Translations under genes and position numbers: made by a program
Source: Vitrella brassicaformis CCMP3155
Lineage: Eukaryota; Protista; Chromerida
DNA length: 64,000 bases
Direction: 5' to 3'
Assembly: GCA_001179505.1 (NCBI GenBank)
Contig: CDMY01000447.1
Location: forward strand, 315,066-379,065
Notes under the pieces: generated by a model
Told to the model about the DNA's origin: nothing
Seen by the model: only the letters and a program-made list of their open reading frames with translations
Databases searched by the model: none
Part shown: positions 9,501 to 23,420 of the stretch, piece by piece
How positions within the stretch are numbered: the first letter of the stretch is position 1
Layout of the letters: the number at the start of each line of letters is the position of its first letter

Positions 9501-12113
9501 CCTTCGACAAGACGCTCACGTCAGCGTGCACACTCACACATGGAGTCTGCTTGCTATGTGCAGCCGTGTGCGTGTGTGTCTTCTCTGGGTGGGCAGGCTG
9601 AAGCGGACGATGCTCAAACTTCGCAGCGATCTGAACCAAGAGGTGGCGCAGAGAGGACAGCTGGAGAGACAGACTGCCAAACAAGAAGAGGTCAGCAGAT
9701 GATGCATACATTGACGACTTGATGGCTGATTTGTCTTGATCCCCTTTGGCCAGGAGATTCGGCGGCTGAAGGCTGAGCTGGAGGCGTGCCTGCAAGACAA
9801 ACAAGACAGCCAGGCCAAGGCTATTGCCCGCATCAGAGAAGACTATGAGACGTGAGTGTCGCTTATCTGCCCTCCACAAGATGACAGACGGACCGGCCAA
9901 TCCATCAAAATGGTTATGGGCTGTCTGTGTGTGTATCTGTGTATTGACCGCGCAGCAAGATTACATCTCTGCAGCGGTCGTATGAGTTGCAGATGCAAGA
10001 CGCACGGGTGGGAAGCAGCACGAAATACAAAGGTACGCCACACACACACACACAGACAGACAGGCGGCAGGCGTCTCATCCAGACACCGTGTACGTGTCT
10101 GTCTGCCATTCAGATTGACGCAGCAGCTGAAGCGGAAGCACACGGACGAGATCGAGGAGGTGGGCGGCGCGGCCCGGAAGCAGATGCGGGAGCTGGAGGC
10201 CAAGCACCACGCAGCCCTCGAGGAGCTCAGAGAGCAGCACCAGAGGGACATGGCAGCACTCATCAAGAAACTCAAAGACGCAGAAGCCGCCGACAAGAGC
10301 TCTGCTGTCAACGCTGAGTGGGAGAGGTACGTCGATCAGTAAGTGGTGACAAGTTGCGAAGTAGTGCTCAGGAAGCTTGCATGATCAGGAAGCTGCGGAG
10401 CGTGGAGCGGGACTACGAGAAGGCGCTTGACGAGAAAGACGCCGCAACCAAGAGAGACCTGCAAGCCGTCAAGAGACAACAGGAAGAGCTGGAGGAGACC
10501 TACCGCAGGTCACAAAAGTCACGGCAGCCGACCTCCAGGCGAACAGTGCTCATCCTTCGTCTCGCATGCCTATCTGCAGCAAGCTGAACGAGGTCAAGAA
10601 GCAGCTTGCAGACTCAGGAACCCAGGACGTAATGAGGGCTGACTATGAGCGGTGCGCAAAGCACATGACACCGACTGTGAGAATGCACGTCTGAATCCGT
10701 CCATTCATTCAACAGGCGTCTTCGGGACATGGAATCGCAGCACGACATCGCAATGGACGAGCAGGAGCGCCAACACAGAAGGTGAGGTGGCCGGCTATCA
10801 TTGGTCCACCCGGTGACTGACATACATCTGTACCTCTGATGGATGGTATGCAGAGAGGTACAAGTGTTGAAGGACTCACACCTGGAGGAGCTCGACAAAG
10901 CCCAGTCGTCGCTTCGAAAGTCTGTGTCACATGCCAGGCGTTGATGTCGACAGCTAATTATGGATGTGTCCATGGCTTGTTCAGGCGTGTGGGCGAGTTT
11001 GAGAGAGAGCTCGAAACCAGGAAGTCAAAGGAGGCCTCGTAAGGACAGACGATTGCATATCGATCAAAATAGCGCAACACGTCATTCGGCATCCTGTCTG
11101 CCTTTATGCTGCACAGCGACCGGCGGAAGATTGCCGAGCTGAAAGAGGCCTTAAGAGACCTGCAAGAGGACTACGATCGGTCAGTCAGCTCGAAACAATC
11201 GCTTCCATATCGATCAGAACAGGGCTGCTGTTTGTTTGTCATGCAGGCGGCTTCGAACAATAGAGGAGGACCATCAGGCAGCGCTGCAAAGGATGAGCAC
11301 CAAGCAGGACAGGGAGACAGAGCGGCTGAAGGCCAAGCTTCTCCGTTTGCAGCCGAGAGCGTCAGAGACACCGCCAGACGAGACCAAACCTGCAGAGGAG
11401 CAGGAGGAGTCAGAAGAAGAAGGAACACCAAGGTCGGTCGCTTCAGTCCCAAAAGGACGTCCGTCTTGAGTTGTGTCGCGTGTCTTTTTCTGTGAATGGC
11501 AGACATCCCATGCCGCACGGGCGTGTCTCGCTCGGCCGCCTATGGTGAGTGATTAATTAAGGGAGGGAAGGACAGGATATATGCCGTGGTGTCTCGTTAA
11601 AATCATCAGGGAGAGCGAGGTGAGGCGGGAGTCCAGATACTCGAGATCATCCAGATCAGAGTCACCCAGGAGGTAGGCACCGAGAAACACTCCACACGCG
11701 ACACACCTATCACCCATGGTCAACGCATTGATGTGGTCATGCAGAGGGAGGCGTTCCCGTTCGCCGGAGGGACGCACCGAGGCGTAAGTGCAGTGCAGGC
11801 GAGAGACAAAGAGCCAACAGGCGGTCCTGGCGGATGCGCTGTCCCTCATCTCTGTGTCTGCAGAGGCACGGCGCGTCAGGCCCCTTCATCTTGGCGGAAG
11901 CGGTTGCACGCGAGTATCGATGAGTTGGAGCAGGCCCCTGCCACACTCACACCCACCGCACCCTCACCTCCCCCCGCAGGCGGGCCCTCACCAGCAGCGG
12001 CCTGGCTCACACCACCGACGCAGCCTCAGCCTCGTCGGGGAATCAGTGAGGAGGAGGCCATGACACGGCTGGAAGGACTGTCGCAGCAGCAGACCAGCCA
12101 GCATCGCAGATGA
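6585..12113 (+). CDS. Large multi-exon coiled-coil protein of unknown function
   Basis: More than 20 short E/K/R/Q/L-rich exons (e.g. LEELREQHQRDMAALIKKLKDAEAADK, ERERQKWQAMKE) bounded by GT/AG and microsatellite introns; last exon ends SQQQTSQHRR* at 12113. Start uncertain. Confidence 0.75.
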
Positions 12114-12332
12114 AGCTTAGCGTTCGACATGCGGAAATCGCAACAGTCCGTCTGTTTCGTCGTTTTGTCCATCTTCTGTCTCATCCATATTATCCATATA
12201 TCCACATCAGCCACGCACGCACTGGTCTGTCTGTCTGCACAGGCAACGTACCCACGCACACTCACACACACACACATATGCCATGCATCTCCCTCCTGCT
12301 CACGCCGCCCCCCTGTCTATCTTTTTTCGAAT

Positions 12333-15075
12333 TCACTCGTCCTGGTCTTCCTGCTCTCTCGGTGGGGCGTGCTGTATGCCCCTGTTCCACGTCGGAACGT
12401 ACCAGGGGAAGCGACTGTCCCCCTTGTCACCTTGCCTCAACAGCGCTGACACATATGGCAGCCACGGCTGCCAGGCTCGTCGGCGCTTCTTCCCCACTCT
12501 CTGCGGCTGGTCTCGGCCCGCACCCAGAGTGACGTGGGAGAGGTCGCATGCGGCCATGAACGCCCTGAATGAATGAAGTCAACAAACAGAGGGGAGGGAG
12601 GGAGAATGGGTCTGTGTGGTTGTTGTGGGTGGGGTGGCTGACGCTTTGGTTGGTACATACTTGATGCCCTCTGTGCCGTCGTAGGAATAAGATATGGGCT
12701 GCATGGGTGGCTGCTCATCTTGCTCGCTGCCCTTTTGCTCAGACCGCTGCTGCTGCTGCTGCTGCTTTTGGGGGTTGGGTGGCTGTGGCTGTGGCTGTGA
12801 GGGGAGGGGCACGGTGAAGGTAACCTTCCTGTGGGTGCGGTGCAGCAAAGACGGGCGGGCATGTGGAAGGAAGGTGAGTGTGGCCGTGGCTTGTGGTCGT
12901 CACGCGATCATGACTTACTTGGGCCTTATGAGCCTGACGAGCTCGCACAGCTCTGGATAGGACGAATGCAGCGAATAGGGAACTCTCTGATCGAACGAGA
13001 AACAAAAGTTACGTGCACAATATATGTAATGTGGAAGGCCCGTTAGTATCTATCGTCGTACCGTACCACGATCTCTGTGCCTTGGCGCTCCCACGGCACG
13101 TACGTGGCCGACCAGCCCGTCAACAGCACTCCCAGCACTGAAACCAACAAACACATGAATGACACTTCTATACAGGCGGGGCGTCGAGCAACAGAGTGTC
13201 CCTCCCTGCTATAAAACCTGGAAGGGCCGTCTTCCCCTGGTAGCGCCTGAACGATACGCACAACAGACACACAGCACAGGTTAGGTTACACGTTCGTGTC
13301 CATGCGTCGACAGACCAGACCGTTGCTCCCTCCGCCTACTCGACTGTCTTCTTGAGTGTCTGTCGCGACACGGCACGCACGAGCCCACAGGACGACGCAG
13401 CACCAATGTCGTTTGCTCCGTTGCTCGTTGTGGCGTCAGATACAGACGGCAGCACATCCGCATCAGCACCATTATTGCTGTCCGTATCAACTGCAGGCAC
13501 ACGACACCGCAGGAAAGTAGTTTTCAACATGTGGGCGCTCAATCAAGGACGTACCATCGTTGTCGGCCGCGTCGTACGCCTGGAAGTGCTGCGGAGGGAA
13601 GCCAGCGTCGGCTATCGTGTCAAGGCGGCTCTGCGACACCTCAACCTGAGGAGAAAGAGGCCGATACGGAGATTCCGCCGACACCCACCGAGTGAGTGCA
13701 CATGTGATGTGGATGACGTCGATTCAGTCACCTTTGTGTTGAGGGCTTCTGCAACTGCACAGAGAAGGTCCTCCTTGCCGAGGGTGTCTATCTGCAGACG
13801 GCAGACGAAGAACAAACAGAGGATGCTGTTGCTGCATGCCGACACTGTGTGTGTCCGGCTCCTTCCTCACCCCCAGAATGGCAATGCATGGCCAATAGGA
13901 CTTGAGCATGTTCACCACCTCCCTCGCCAACTCGGCCTGACCAACATCGGTCGACACGCACACACATCCAGCCACGAATGAATGAATGAATGAATGGAGC
14001 CGAGCGACCTCCGACCTCTCCCCCTCCCCCTGCCCCTCCCAGTTTTCTCACTCACTCGTGCAGGGAAGTCGAAGCCGGGGTGGCAGTATGTGTTGTCCAG
14101 AAACAGGTTGTCGATCACGCACCGCTCACGCCGCCGCCCCACACCACCATCTCCCTCTCCAGCTATCGGCAGCCCTCCCTCCCCCTCCCCCTCCTGCCAA
14201 TCGCTATCACCGAGACCAAGAGTGACCATCTCGCCCAGCCCGCGATCATCGTCACTCTTCTCCCCATCGACAGATATCACCGCCGGTGCCTTGGCTGCCT
14301 CCTCCCGCCGCCTCTCACGCACCGAGGGCTGGAAATCGGACGACAGCCGCAAGATGGTCTTAAGGTCGCGGGTCATGCGGCACCCGCCATCCGCCGGTGG
14401 CGGTGTCGTCAGGTCGATGGGGCGATGCACTCGCCCTTCCCCCCTCGCCGCCCGTGGCGGCTCGTAGCGGCAGTCGCCCGTGTGCAGGTAAGACCCGAAG
14501 GCCGGCGACTGGAGCCATATCATAGTGGCGCCCGGACAGTGGCTGGCATCGACCAGCATCACGTCCACGTCGGCATCCGTGCGGCAGTAAGGCCGGTTGT
14601 GCTTGGTGGGGCCACCTTTGTCTTTGTCGTGTGGTGGTGGTGGTGGTGGTGGCGCTGCGGCGGAGGGTGATGCGATGGGCACGCAGGAGGGCGGCTGGAA
14701 CGGGGGGAGCTTTGCTTCGTTGGTGCTGAGCCGATAGATCTGATTCAGCTCTAGTGGAACCTGAAAGACCACACACACGCAGATGGACGGACACAGACGC
14801 ACGAATGCAGTGCAGTGACAGCAGGGAGTGATTTGTTGACTCTGGTTCTCACCAGAAGTGTGTGTTCTCACCAGAAGAGGCTGCAGGTGTGGGAACTTCT
14901 GAAGCAGGAGTTTGCAGCAGACGGGAGAGCAGTAGATGAATCCGCCCCCCCATTGGTTGCTCAGCCCCGTCAGGTGGTCGGCATGGGTGTGAGTGAGGAA
15001 ATAGACGTGAGGCCCGCCCCTCACTGGACCGAAGTAGTCGACAACGATGTTGGTATCGGGCAGAGGCCGCTGCAT
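12333..15075 (-). CDS. SNM1: SNM1/PSO2-family (DCLRE1, Apollo/SNM1A-like) metallo-beta-lactamase/beta-CASP DNA repair nuclease
   Basis: MBL motifs VVDYF, FLTHTHADHLTGL, DASHCPGA, YLHTGDCRY, LFLDNTYC; beta-CASP/DRMBL motifs TGWS and VPYSLHSSYPELCELVRLIRPKKV assembled across phase-consistent introns. Confidence 0.92.
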
Positions 15076-15147
15076 CAAGGGCTACTGAGGCCAATGAAGG
15101 GTTGTGGCACACTCCTGCAATGAAAACGTGTGGATCAGCGCTTCAGA

Positions 15148-15167
15148 GGGTTTTAGGGTTCAGGGTT
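15148..15167. repeat. Interstitial telomere-like motif GGGTTTTAGGGTTCAGGGTT (telo-box-like on the - strand)
   Basis: Two TT(T/C)AGGG-type units ~75-90 nt upstream of the SNM1 ATG; can fold with AACCTGAAC at 15171-15179. Confidence 0.5.
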
Positions 15168-15568
15168 GAAAACCTGAACGACCTGACCCATCACCCCTTT
15201 TGAAAACCCCCTGGCCAGAAGCGACGTGGCACTAAAACCGTCTGTCCATCCATCCATCCATCCATGCATCACGTGCTACTTGATGCATTGTAGCTACTTG
15301 ATGCATTGTAAGCGTCCATCGATTGATTCATCAGCCAGCCGTCTTGACTCGACTGTGTCAGTCTCCCTCCCATGCATGGCATTGCAACCAGCAGCCCACC
15401 CAGGCAATTGGATAGCACATCGGGTATGCAGGAATTCCTCAGCCACGTCAAGAACCGCCCGCCACAAATACCAACCATACTACGCACCGAGACCGTCTCC
15501 TCCTGCGCCCGACTCTCGGTGCCCGACGAACGACACCACAGCCGCCTACGTGTCTGGCCTCCACTCAC

Positions 15569-18500
15569 TCACAGAGCGGTGGGGCCGCCCGTGTGAGTGG
15601 CCATCATCACCATGTGTGGCTGCAGCGCACCGAAGATGGGCTGGCCGATGGTCGCATAGGGAGGCCTGGGCGGGGGTGCGAAGGCATGCATGACATGGGG
15701 CGGCTGCGGGGCGGCTGTAGGAGGGAATCGCTGCTGCTGACGTTGGTGATGGTGTCGTGATTGCGATGAGAGTGTGGCTGGGAGGCGCAGGTCGGGAACG
15801 CGTCGCGGCATGGTGGCCGATGATGCACCATGGGCATCAAAAGGGGGCGGTGACAGTAACCGGTGGGACGACGAATGCCGGTGGCCGCTCATCAACACAC
15901 CAACAGCACCTGCCACACACAATGCACACACACAGAGAGACAGATGATTTCTATATTGCGACCTTATTCCTTTCCCTCTCTCGACATTGATTGCATCCTT
16001 ACGTTTGTCGGTATCCCATCCACTGGGTGTCTGCGCCTGCTGCAGCTTGAGCTTGAGTGCGTTGGCGGGCGTCAGGGGGCCGCACTTGGGGTGGTGCACA
16101 TGGTGCTCGGCAAAGGTGTGGTGGACGACCGGCGGGGTGCCTTTGCCGTTCCACAGCCGAGCCCCCACCCTGTCGGCCTCCAAATCAACATCTGCGCCCT
16201 CCCCAACCACCGGCAGGCGCGTCTTGGCCACGTCAAATGACGGCGGCTCGTTAGCGATGCGCGTCATGACAATCGACAGCCGCGGGCCGTAGGCTCTCTT
16301 GACCACTGGGGCGGTCTTCTGACGGTGGTCTTGTGTGAATGCGAGTGTCTTGGGCGCGTCCGATTCTGTTGGGGCGGTGAAGGGGCGGAGGGCTTCGGTG
16401 TCGGATGCCCTCATCATGCCGGCCACCGCAGCAAGACGGTCACCTCGACCACCTGCACGACACACACACATGCGCCAGTGACACACACGAATGTGTGTTC
16501 GCGTCTTCCCCCTCCCTCCTTCTCTCCCTCCCTCCCTCTCTCACCTCCTGTGCGGATGCCGACACCTGGTCCGATCATCGCGGCATTCTCACCGCCATGA
16601 CCCCTCTCAACACCAACAGCACCATCGGCTGTCTGTGGCGGGGAGGGCCGCTTTCTCCGACCAGCTGCACTAGCTGTGACCGATCGCTGCTTAGAGGTCT
16701 TCTTGGCCACAGTGGCGGCCGCCATGTTGCTGTCGTCAGTCGTGTCGGCCGCCCGCTGTTTCGTGGCGCGTGCCGTGACGTCTGTGTGAGCGTCTGTGGG
16801 GGGCGTGGCGATGCGACCGTCGACGCTGACGCCGTCTGCACGTGAAGCCACCCTGGCGCCAGGGCTAGTGGAGATGGCTGCAGCAGGGGAAGCCTTGTGC
16901 CCCAGAACCGCCCCAATGCTCGCACCGCGGCCACCACTAGTCGACGCCTGACATACACACACGGCACACAGACAGACAGACAGACAGATAGGGCGATGGG
17001 GGGCTGTCTTTGTTTGTGTATGTTTGTGAGGTCTGCCTGTACACCTGCTGCTGTCTCCTGCCGTTGGTGAAATGCGATCCGCCAGCGGATGGCCACCGGC
17101 CTTCGCCTCTGCTGGCGCCCCCACGCATGGCACGGCCCTGGTGGATGCAGGAACACCGAGGGCACGGCACCCACACACGCCCACATATGGGTGAGTGAGT
17201 GTCTCGTGTGTTTCCAATGTCTGTCTGCCCCACGTAACGTACCAGAATCTGCGATTTGTCGCTGACCACTCGGGCAGCCCCTGCCACCGGGACACCGCCA
17301 GCAGGGATCGTGGGGGGCACTGGGGGAGCCTTGCCCTACAGATGCGATGCGTGTGAACACACAGATGTATGTCTATCTGTTTGTGTGGGTGAGTGGTCAG
17401 CTTACAGGTCTTGTGGGTAGTCTGAACCCTTTGTGATCGTGCGAGAGGTATGCGGCAGCCTTGAGGTGCTGTTCGCATGCCCGAATCACACGTATCAGCT
17501 CCGCTCTGTCATCTGCATCCCCCCATTCGCGCGGTTGGCATCAGATACGCACATGTGATGTGGGCGAAATGCCATCCATCGATTGTCCATTGTGCACGCT
17601 TGCGTACGTTCGAGCCCTTCGTTCTCCCGCTGTAGACTGTCCCTCTCACTCTGCAGCGCTGCCATCTGCACACACATAGGCGAGGGAGGGGGAGAGTGAA
17701 AGTGATGACAGGGATCTTCTCGGCATATGACGGGATTCACCTGTTGCAGCCATGTGCTGCGCTCGTCGTCCTGGCTGCGGCGAGCGACCTCCTGCATGGC
17801 ATTGTTGCTGCACACCGACACACCACACCGGACAAAGGACGCGTGATGCGTGGCATGTTATGTGTGATCTGGCTTGCTGCGATGTCAGCTTACACGTTGA
17901 GCATGGCCGAGTAGTCCCCGGTATGGCTGAGCTGGTCCTCCTGCATCTTTGTCAGCTCCTGCCGCCCCGCCGTCTGTGTGTCGGCGGCGTGTGTGTATAC
18001 CTGCTGCTCGGCCATCTTGCGCAGGTTCGCGGCCTCCTCAGCCAGCCGGTCGGCACGCACCTGATCGACGGACGGAATGGCCAACACGGAGAGAACACAC
18101 ACCCCACAATGACCACAATGACCGTGTGACGACTGTGGGGTGATGTCTGTGCGTGGTGTCATGGGAGACACCCCCGCCCCATCTCACCTGTTCTCTGTCG
18201 AGCGTTTCGTCGACCCTGCGGACGACGGCCGTCACCTCGGGCGGCAAAGCGCAGTCGGACAGCAAATGCGCCAAATCATCATCTGCACAGATGCACACAC
18301 ACACAGACACACACACAGACACAGACACATAGAGGTGGAATGACTATCTGTCGGGGCGTTGAGTGTGCCGTCTGCCCCTCTCCTCACCCACCCACCTGTG
18401 GGTATGTCGTCCTGACCGCCATCCAGGTCCGCGTTGGCCGCAGCCGCCTTCTCGAGACTTTCCTGCGTGAGGCAGGGCACGTCGTGACACCAACCAACAT

Positions 18501-19273
18501 GACACACAATCGAATGCACAGACGGGTGGCTCACCTTTTCCTCCGTCAATTTGGCGTAGTTGTCTTGCAGTGCCTTCAGCCGGGCCTTCAGAGCCTCATA
18601 CTCCTCCTTGATTACCTGCCCTAAGCCGAGTGGCTCCTCCTCCTGCACGCACGCAACACAACACACAACACCAAACACACAGCCGACATCCATCAGATCC
18701 ATTGGGTGTGCTGTGCTGTGCTGTGTTGCGGTATGCTGTCTGACCGCGTCATTGAGTTTGTGCCTCTCCGCCTCCTGCAGCTTCCCCTTTGCGATGTCCT
18801 GCACACACCAGACAGACAGGACGGCGCCCATGCCATCCACTCCACGTCATGCATCCATCTCTCTGGTCGTCTCGCCCTAGCGTAGCGTAGCGTACCAGTT
18901 CCCGCTGCTGCTTGCCGATGGTGGTGCGGAGGACGTGCTCGAGTTTGAACCACTCATCCGCCGCCTTGGCAGCCGCCTCGTCCTTGGCGGCAAGCACCTT
19001 GGCCTACACAAAACATCACAACACAAGTTACACATTGGATGGCTGGATGGCTGTGCGATCACCTACCTTGTCGTCGTCAATGGCTTTAAGTTGCTCCCTG
19101 AGGCTGGTGATTGACTGCTCCTGCATGTGGTAGATGTCCTTGAGCGAGTCGTGCTGGCTCTTGATGAGGGCATACTTCCGCTTGTAGAAGCGCGCCGTGC
19201 CCCCGTTCACGCCGTCGCCGGCTGCGCCCACATGACCGTCATCGCCCTCCTGCCCAGCCCACAACATATCACA

Positions 19274-19308
<35 letters not shown>

Positions 19309-20882
19309 CGGTCCCAGCCAGCCTCTTTGCGTGGTGCTGTGTGTACCTGTCTGTCGGTGGTGTCCTGCCGTTTGTGTGTGCTGGGGGCTGCCAGAGCACC
19401 AACGTCGCCATCACCATTTTTGCCGTCACCCCCACTGCTGCCACTGCTGCTGCCTCCCTTGCCTGCAGCACCGCCAACACCGGCAGGCTGAGCCGCTCCG
19501 GCTGCTGCCGCCGCCACTTGGTCTCGTGGGTAGTTGCGATCACGCTCCTGAGGACAGACACCACACACAGACAGACCCCCACTCATGAGTGTGTTGGTGG
19601 CTATGTGGGTGGGGTGAGTGACGGACGGCCTGTTTGCGTACCTCGTGTACTTCCTTCAAGTTGAGCTTGGGGAGGCCTGGCGGGGGCAAAGAGGGGCTCC
19701 GCTGATGGCGACTGGGGTGGACCGGGTGTGGGAGGAAATGGACCTGAAGACACACACACACACACACGCACACACACGCACGGTTAGCGGTATGCTGCAC
19801 CGCGTCAATGTCTGGATGTCTGTCTGTGTGCAGTGAGTGCCCACATCCTCAAACTCTTCCTCGTCATCGGCTTCGTCTGCCGGGCGGTGTCGACTGTCTG
19901 GTTGACCAACACAACACCCATAGCCAATCACACACACACACACAGACAGACAGACAGACGGGCAGAGGTGAAATACGCGTCGATGATCCATCCGTCAGTG
20001 AGAGAGTTATGCGCACCACTGAGTGGCTCCAGACGATGTGGTGAGGCCATCAAGACTCCAGCTAGACGCCCTGGCCTCGTATCGTCGCTGCAGCCAGCAA
20101 ACACAACAGCCAGCCAGATGATTGACGTGCGTCTCCACGGGGGATGGGATGAGGGTGGGGGGGTGCCGTGTGTACCTTGTTCTCTTGCTAGTGCGTTTGC
20201 GTAGCTGGTCAATCTCAGTCGCCTTATCGAGGATGTCCTCAGCCTGGCGGCTGATCTTGCTCTTGAGATGCCGCTCGTGCAACCTGGTGACACACACACC
20301 ACACCGCACACAAACATTTAAATGAGGGCTATGTGTGTGTGTGTGGCTTAGCTGACCGTGCTGCTCTGAGCTGCTTCTCCGTGGCCTGCTGGCGGTCCTG
20401 CATCCTCGCCACCTCCTGCAAATGCCAGCCACGTACACAACACAACCACAGACAAGACACAAAGTGGACTCACCGACCCAACCTGGCTGTGTTATCTTCT
20501 CTCTGTCTGCCTGTCTGTGTGCCTCTCGAATGGCTGTAAGTCCACCTCCCTCCCTCATTTGTCTGGTCTGGTCTAACAGACCCACTCACTCACCTCCTGT
20601 GACGCCTTCTCGGCCTCCTGCCGCATGGCCGTCGCCCGATGCTCCTCCTCCATCCGATGCTGCCGCTGCTGCCGGGAGGGGACGGGCAGCCCGGGGGCTC
20701 TGGTGTGGTTGTGGTCCTCCTCACCGCTACCGTCCTCCTGCATGGGATGTGCGTCGGAACAAATGAGGACGGGGAAGCGAAACAATGAGTGAGTGATGCA
20801 GTGACTGCATGCCATCGCTTGCCTGGTGCCCTGGCGGGAATTCGCCCAATCCTATCGCCTCTAGCGATGTGTATCTCTTCAT
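15569..20882 (-). CDS. Large multi-exon protein: N-terminal coiled coil, low-complexity C-terminus; unknown function
   Basis: Exons from MKRYTSLEAIGLGEFPPGHQ (ATG 20882) through coiled-coil exons (EEYEALKARLKALQDNYAKL, MAALQSERDSLQRENEGLE) to ...MATHTGGPTAL*. Junctions checked between 17800 and 15569 are phase-consistent. First intron is GC-AG (20822-20738). Confidence 0.7.
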
Positions 20883-21149
20883 CCCTGTTTGTTCTGGGGG
20901 AACCGATGTGGGCCTCTGGGGGCTTGCGAGCTTTGCAGTCTCACTTTCCTGGTGAGGATGAACGTGTTGGGGCTTCAGAAGGATAAGGAGTGGCGTGCCG
21001 TACACGAAACTGTAACTGATCTTCGTTCGCATCAATGGATACGACTTGCGGCAGCAGCCTCTCGTGATGGACAAGCTGGGGCTGATGAAGGAATGGCCGA
21101 TGGGACCTGCAGACTCTGCTGCCGGCTGCGAGGGTGCCTGATCTGATCG

Positions 21150-22954
21150 ATGGTCGTGAGGACGGATGAACTGAACTCTTCGCTTATTGTCCTGGTGGTG
21201 GTTCTGTCTGTCGTCTTTTTGACCTCGTCGGCATCCGCATTCACCCTACTGACGAAACAGTCAGTGAAGAATCGACGCATTCAGCCATCGCGGCGCCTGC
21301 AATCGATGACTGATGAGTCCGCTGTCCCTGCTGCTGCTCCTGCGGTGCTGCTGACTGTTGCCTACGACGGCACGGACTTCAACGGGTGGACGGCAAGGGG
21401 CGGCCCTCACACCACCCCTCCTACGCCTCTGCCTACCCCCACCGACGCAGCAATCAACCAGGGCGATGTTTGCGATGGCAATGGCAGTGGCGGTCCCTCA
21501 CCATCACCATCACCATCACCGCCACCCACACCAGGGCAGGGGAAGAAGCAGAGGCGGCCCAAGATGATCCGCACTGTCGAGGGGGAGCTACGACGGTGTG
21601 TGTCGCAGCTGTGTGGAGGTCGCGTGCAGCCGTGGGAGCTGCTCATGTGGGGGGCGAGCAGGACGGATGCCGGTGTTCACGCCAGGGGGCAGATGGTGCA
21701 GCTAGGGTTTGGGGAGGGCTTCAGCCTGATGGATGGCGACCCTCAGCGGATTCGTCGCTCTCTGAATGCACTGCTGCCGGAGGATGTCAGGGTGGCGCGC
21801 GCCACGAGGGCGCCGCGGGCAGACGTACGTATGTGATGTGAGCATATGATTGGACCCAGCCATGGATGGATGGTTTCCTTCCTGTGCGTCTGTACTGTGT
21901 GCTGTGTGCTGTGTGTTTGTTCAGTTCCACGTGACGTCCTCTGCCGCAGGCAAGGAGTACCGATACACGGTGGGTCGGTCAGATAGCCCGCCAGACAAAC
22001 AGAGGGAAATCAGCCAGCGGACTGACTGCCATGTGTTGGCATGCATTGTATTGCATTGCTTGCCCACCTGCTCTGCTCACATGTCTGTCTGCCTGCCTGT
22101 GTGGCTGCCTGCAGTTGGATTTGGGTGTCCCGCCGGACCCCTTGTCGCGTCGGTATAGGTGGGCGATAAGCGAAGACCGGGCCCTCGGCAAGCAGTGCAG
22201 CATCAGCGACGACGGCACACGAGTGCTTGTCGATTGGGATGCCGTTGGCAAGGCGGCTGAGGCACTCACAGGCACACATGACTTCTCGGTAGGAGCAAGG
22301 GACGAAGGCAACTCAAGCACCTGATTGTTTTCATTTTTCCACTGCCGTCACTCATCCAGGCGTTTCGTTCGGCTTACAGCGGTGTTGAGAGGGACCGTGT
22401 GGTGGACCCCGTGTGCACAGTCTCGCAGATTGCCATCGTGCCCGACCCGTCGGGACACCACAGTGACCCCCCAAACAGGTCAGTCAGTCAGGATGACGCC
22501 AACCAGCGCACAGTCAGGCACGCCACACGAGTCAATATCTGTTTGTGTGTGTTTGTGTGTGAACAGTGTGCAGTTTGTGTTCCATGGCAACCGCTTTCTC
22601 TACAAAATGATCCGCCGACTTGTAGGTGCCCTTGTCGAGGTCAGTCAGCGGACTGGCAGCCAGCCGCCAACCAGTCAGCCAGCCAGCCAGCCGCCAACCA
22701 GTCAGCCAGCCACCCACCCACCCACTGTGTCTTCCTGTCTTCCTGTCTGTCTGTCTGTCTGTCTGCATAACGTCATTCAGGTGGGCATGCATCGGTGTAC
22801 AGTGGACGAGGTGCGTCATGCGCTGGAGAATGCCGTGTGGAAGCGGCAGGTGGCCAGGGGGGATGGTCGGGTGGCCACGAGTGCGAATCCCCCCGTGTGT
22901 GCACCGCCACACGGACTGGTACTAGAGCAAGTCTTTTATGACGATGCGATTTAG
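21150..22954 (+). CDS. truA: tRNA pseudouridine(38-40) synthase TruA family, predicted plastid-targeted
   Basis: LTVAYDGTDFNGW, catalytic GASRTDAGVHARGQ, GNRFLYKMIRRLVG, APPHGLVLEQVFY. N-terminal signal peptide ends in SASAF, followed by a basic transit-like stretch. Confidence 0.93.
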
Positions 22955-22984
22955 GCAGACAGACTGATGTAAATGGGACGAGAC

Positions 22985-23420
22985 ATGCTGCTGCAGCAGC
23001 AGCGACAGGTATGCACACGTGCATCATGCCAGGGGCCATGGTGGATGGATGGATGGACCGGCATTTGATTAGCTGGTGTGATTCATATGTCGTTTCTCTG
23101 GCTTCTTTGCCTGCCTGTGTGTGCCTCAGTCAGGATCAGCAGCAGCTCCCGCCTCTGGCCGAGGAGGGGGAAGGAGAGGATGGCGACGAGCAGCAGCAGC
23201 AGCAGCAGCAGCCAGACGACGGTCCGGGAGAGGAGGGGGGAAGAGTGGCTGGGGCCGCTGGGCAGCCGACGGAGGCTGTGGTGTCGGGGGTGGCGCCGGA
23301 GCAGCAGCTGGCACGGCGGCCGGGGGCTTCCCGATGCGACCTGGTGGGGTGTGCACGTGCCTCGGCAGGCAGGCAGGCAGGCAGGCTGATATGAATCTGG
23401 CTGACGCTTGCTTTTCGTAA
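22985..23420 (+). CDS. Orphan acidic/Gln-rich exon(s) just downstream of truA; gene model unresolved
   Basis: Strong acceptor before GATCAGCAG (DQQQLPPLAEEGEGEDGDEQQQQQQQPDDG), possible first exon MLLQQQRQ|gtatgc at 22985-23008. An alternative - strand model (23126-23496) is also phase-consistent. Confidence 0.3.

Noticed and set aside
15275-15310. 18-bp tandem duplication GCTACTTGATGCATTGTA x2
   Set aside because: Only two copies, non-coding and without spacers; a simple slippage duplication, not CRISPR-like.
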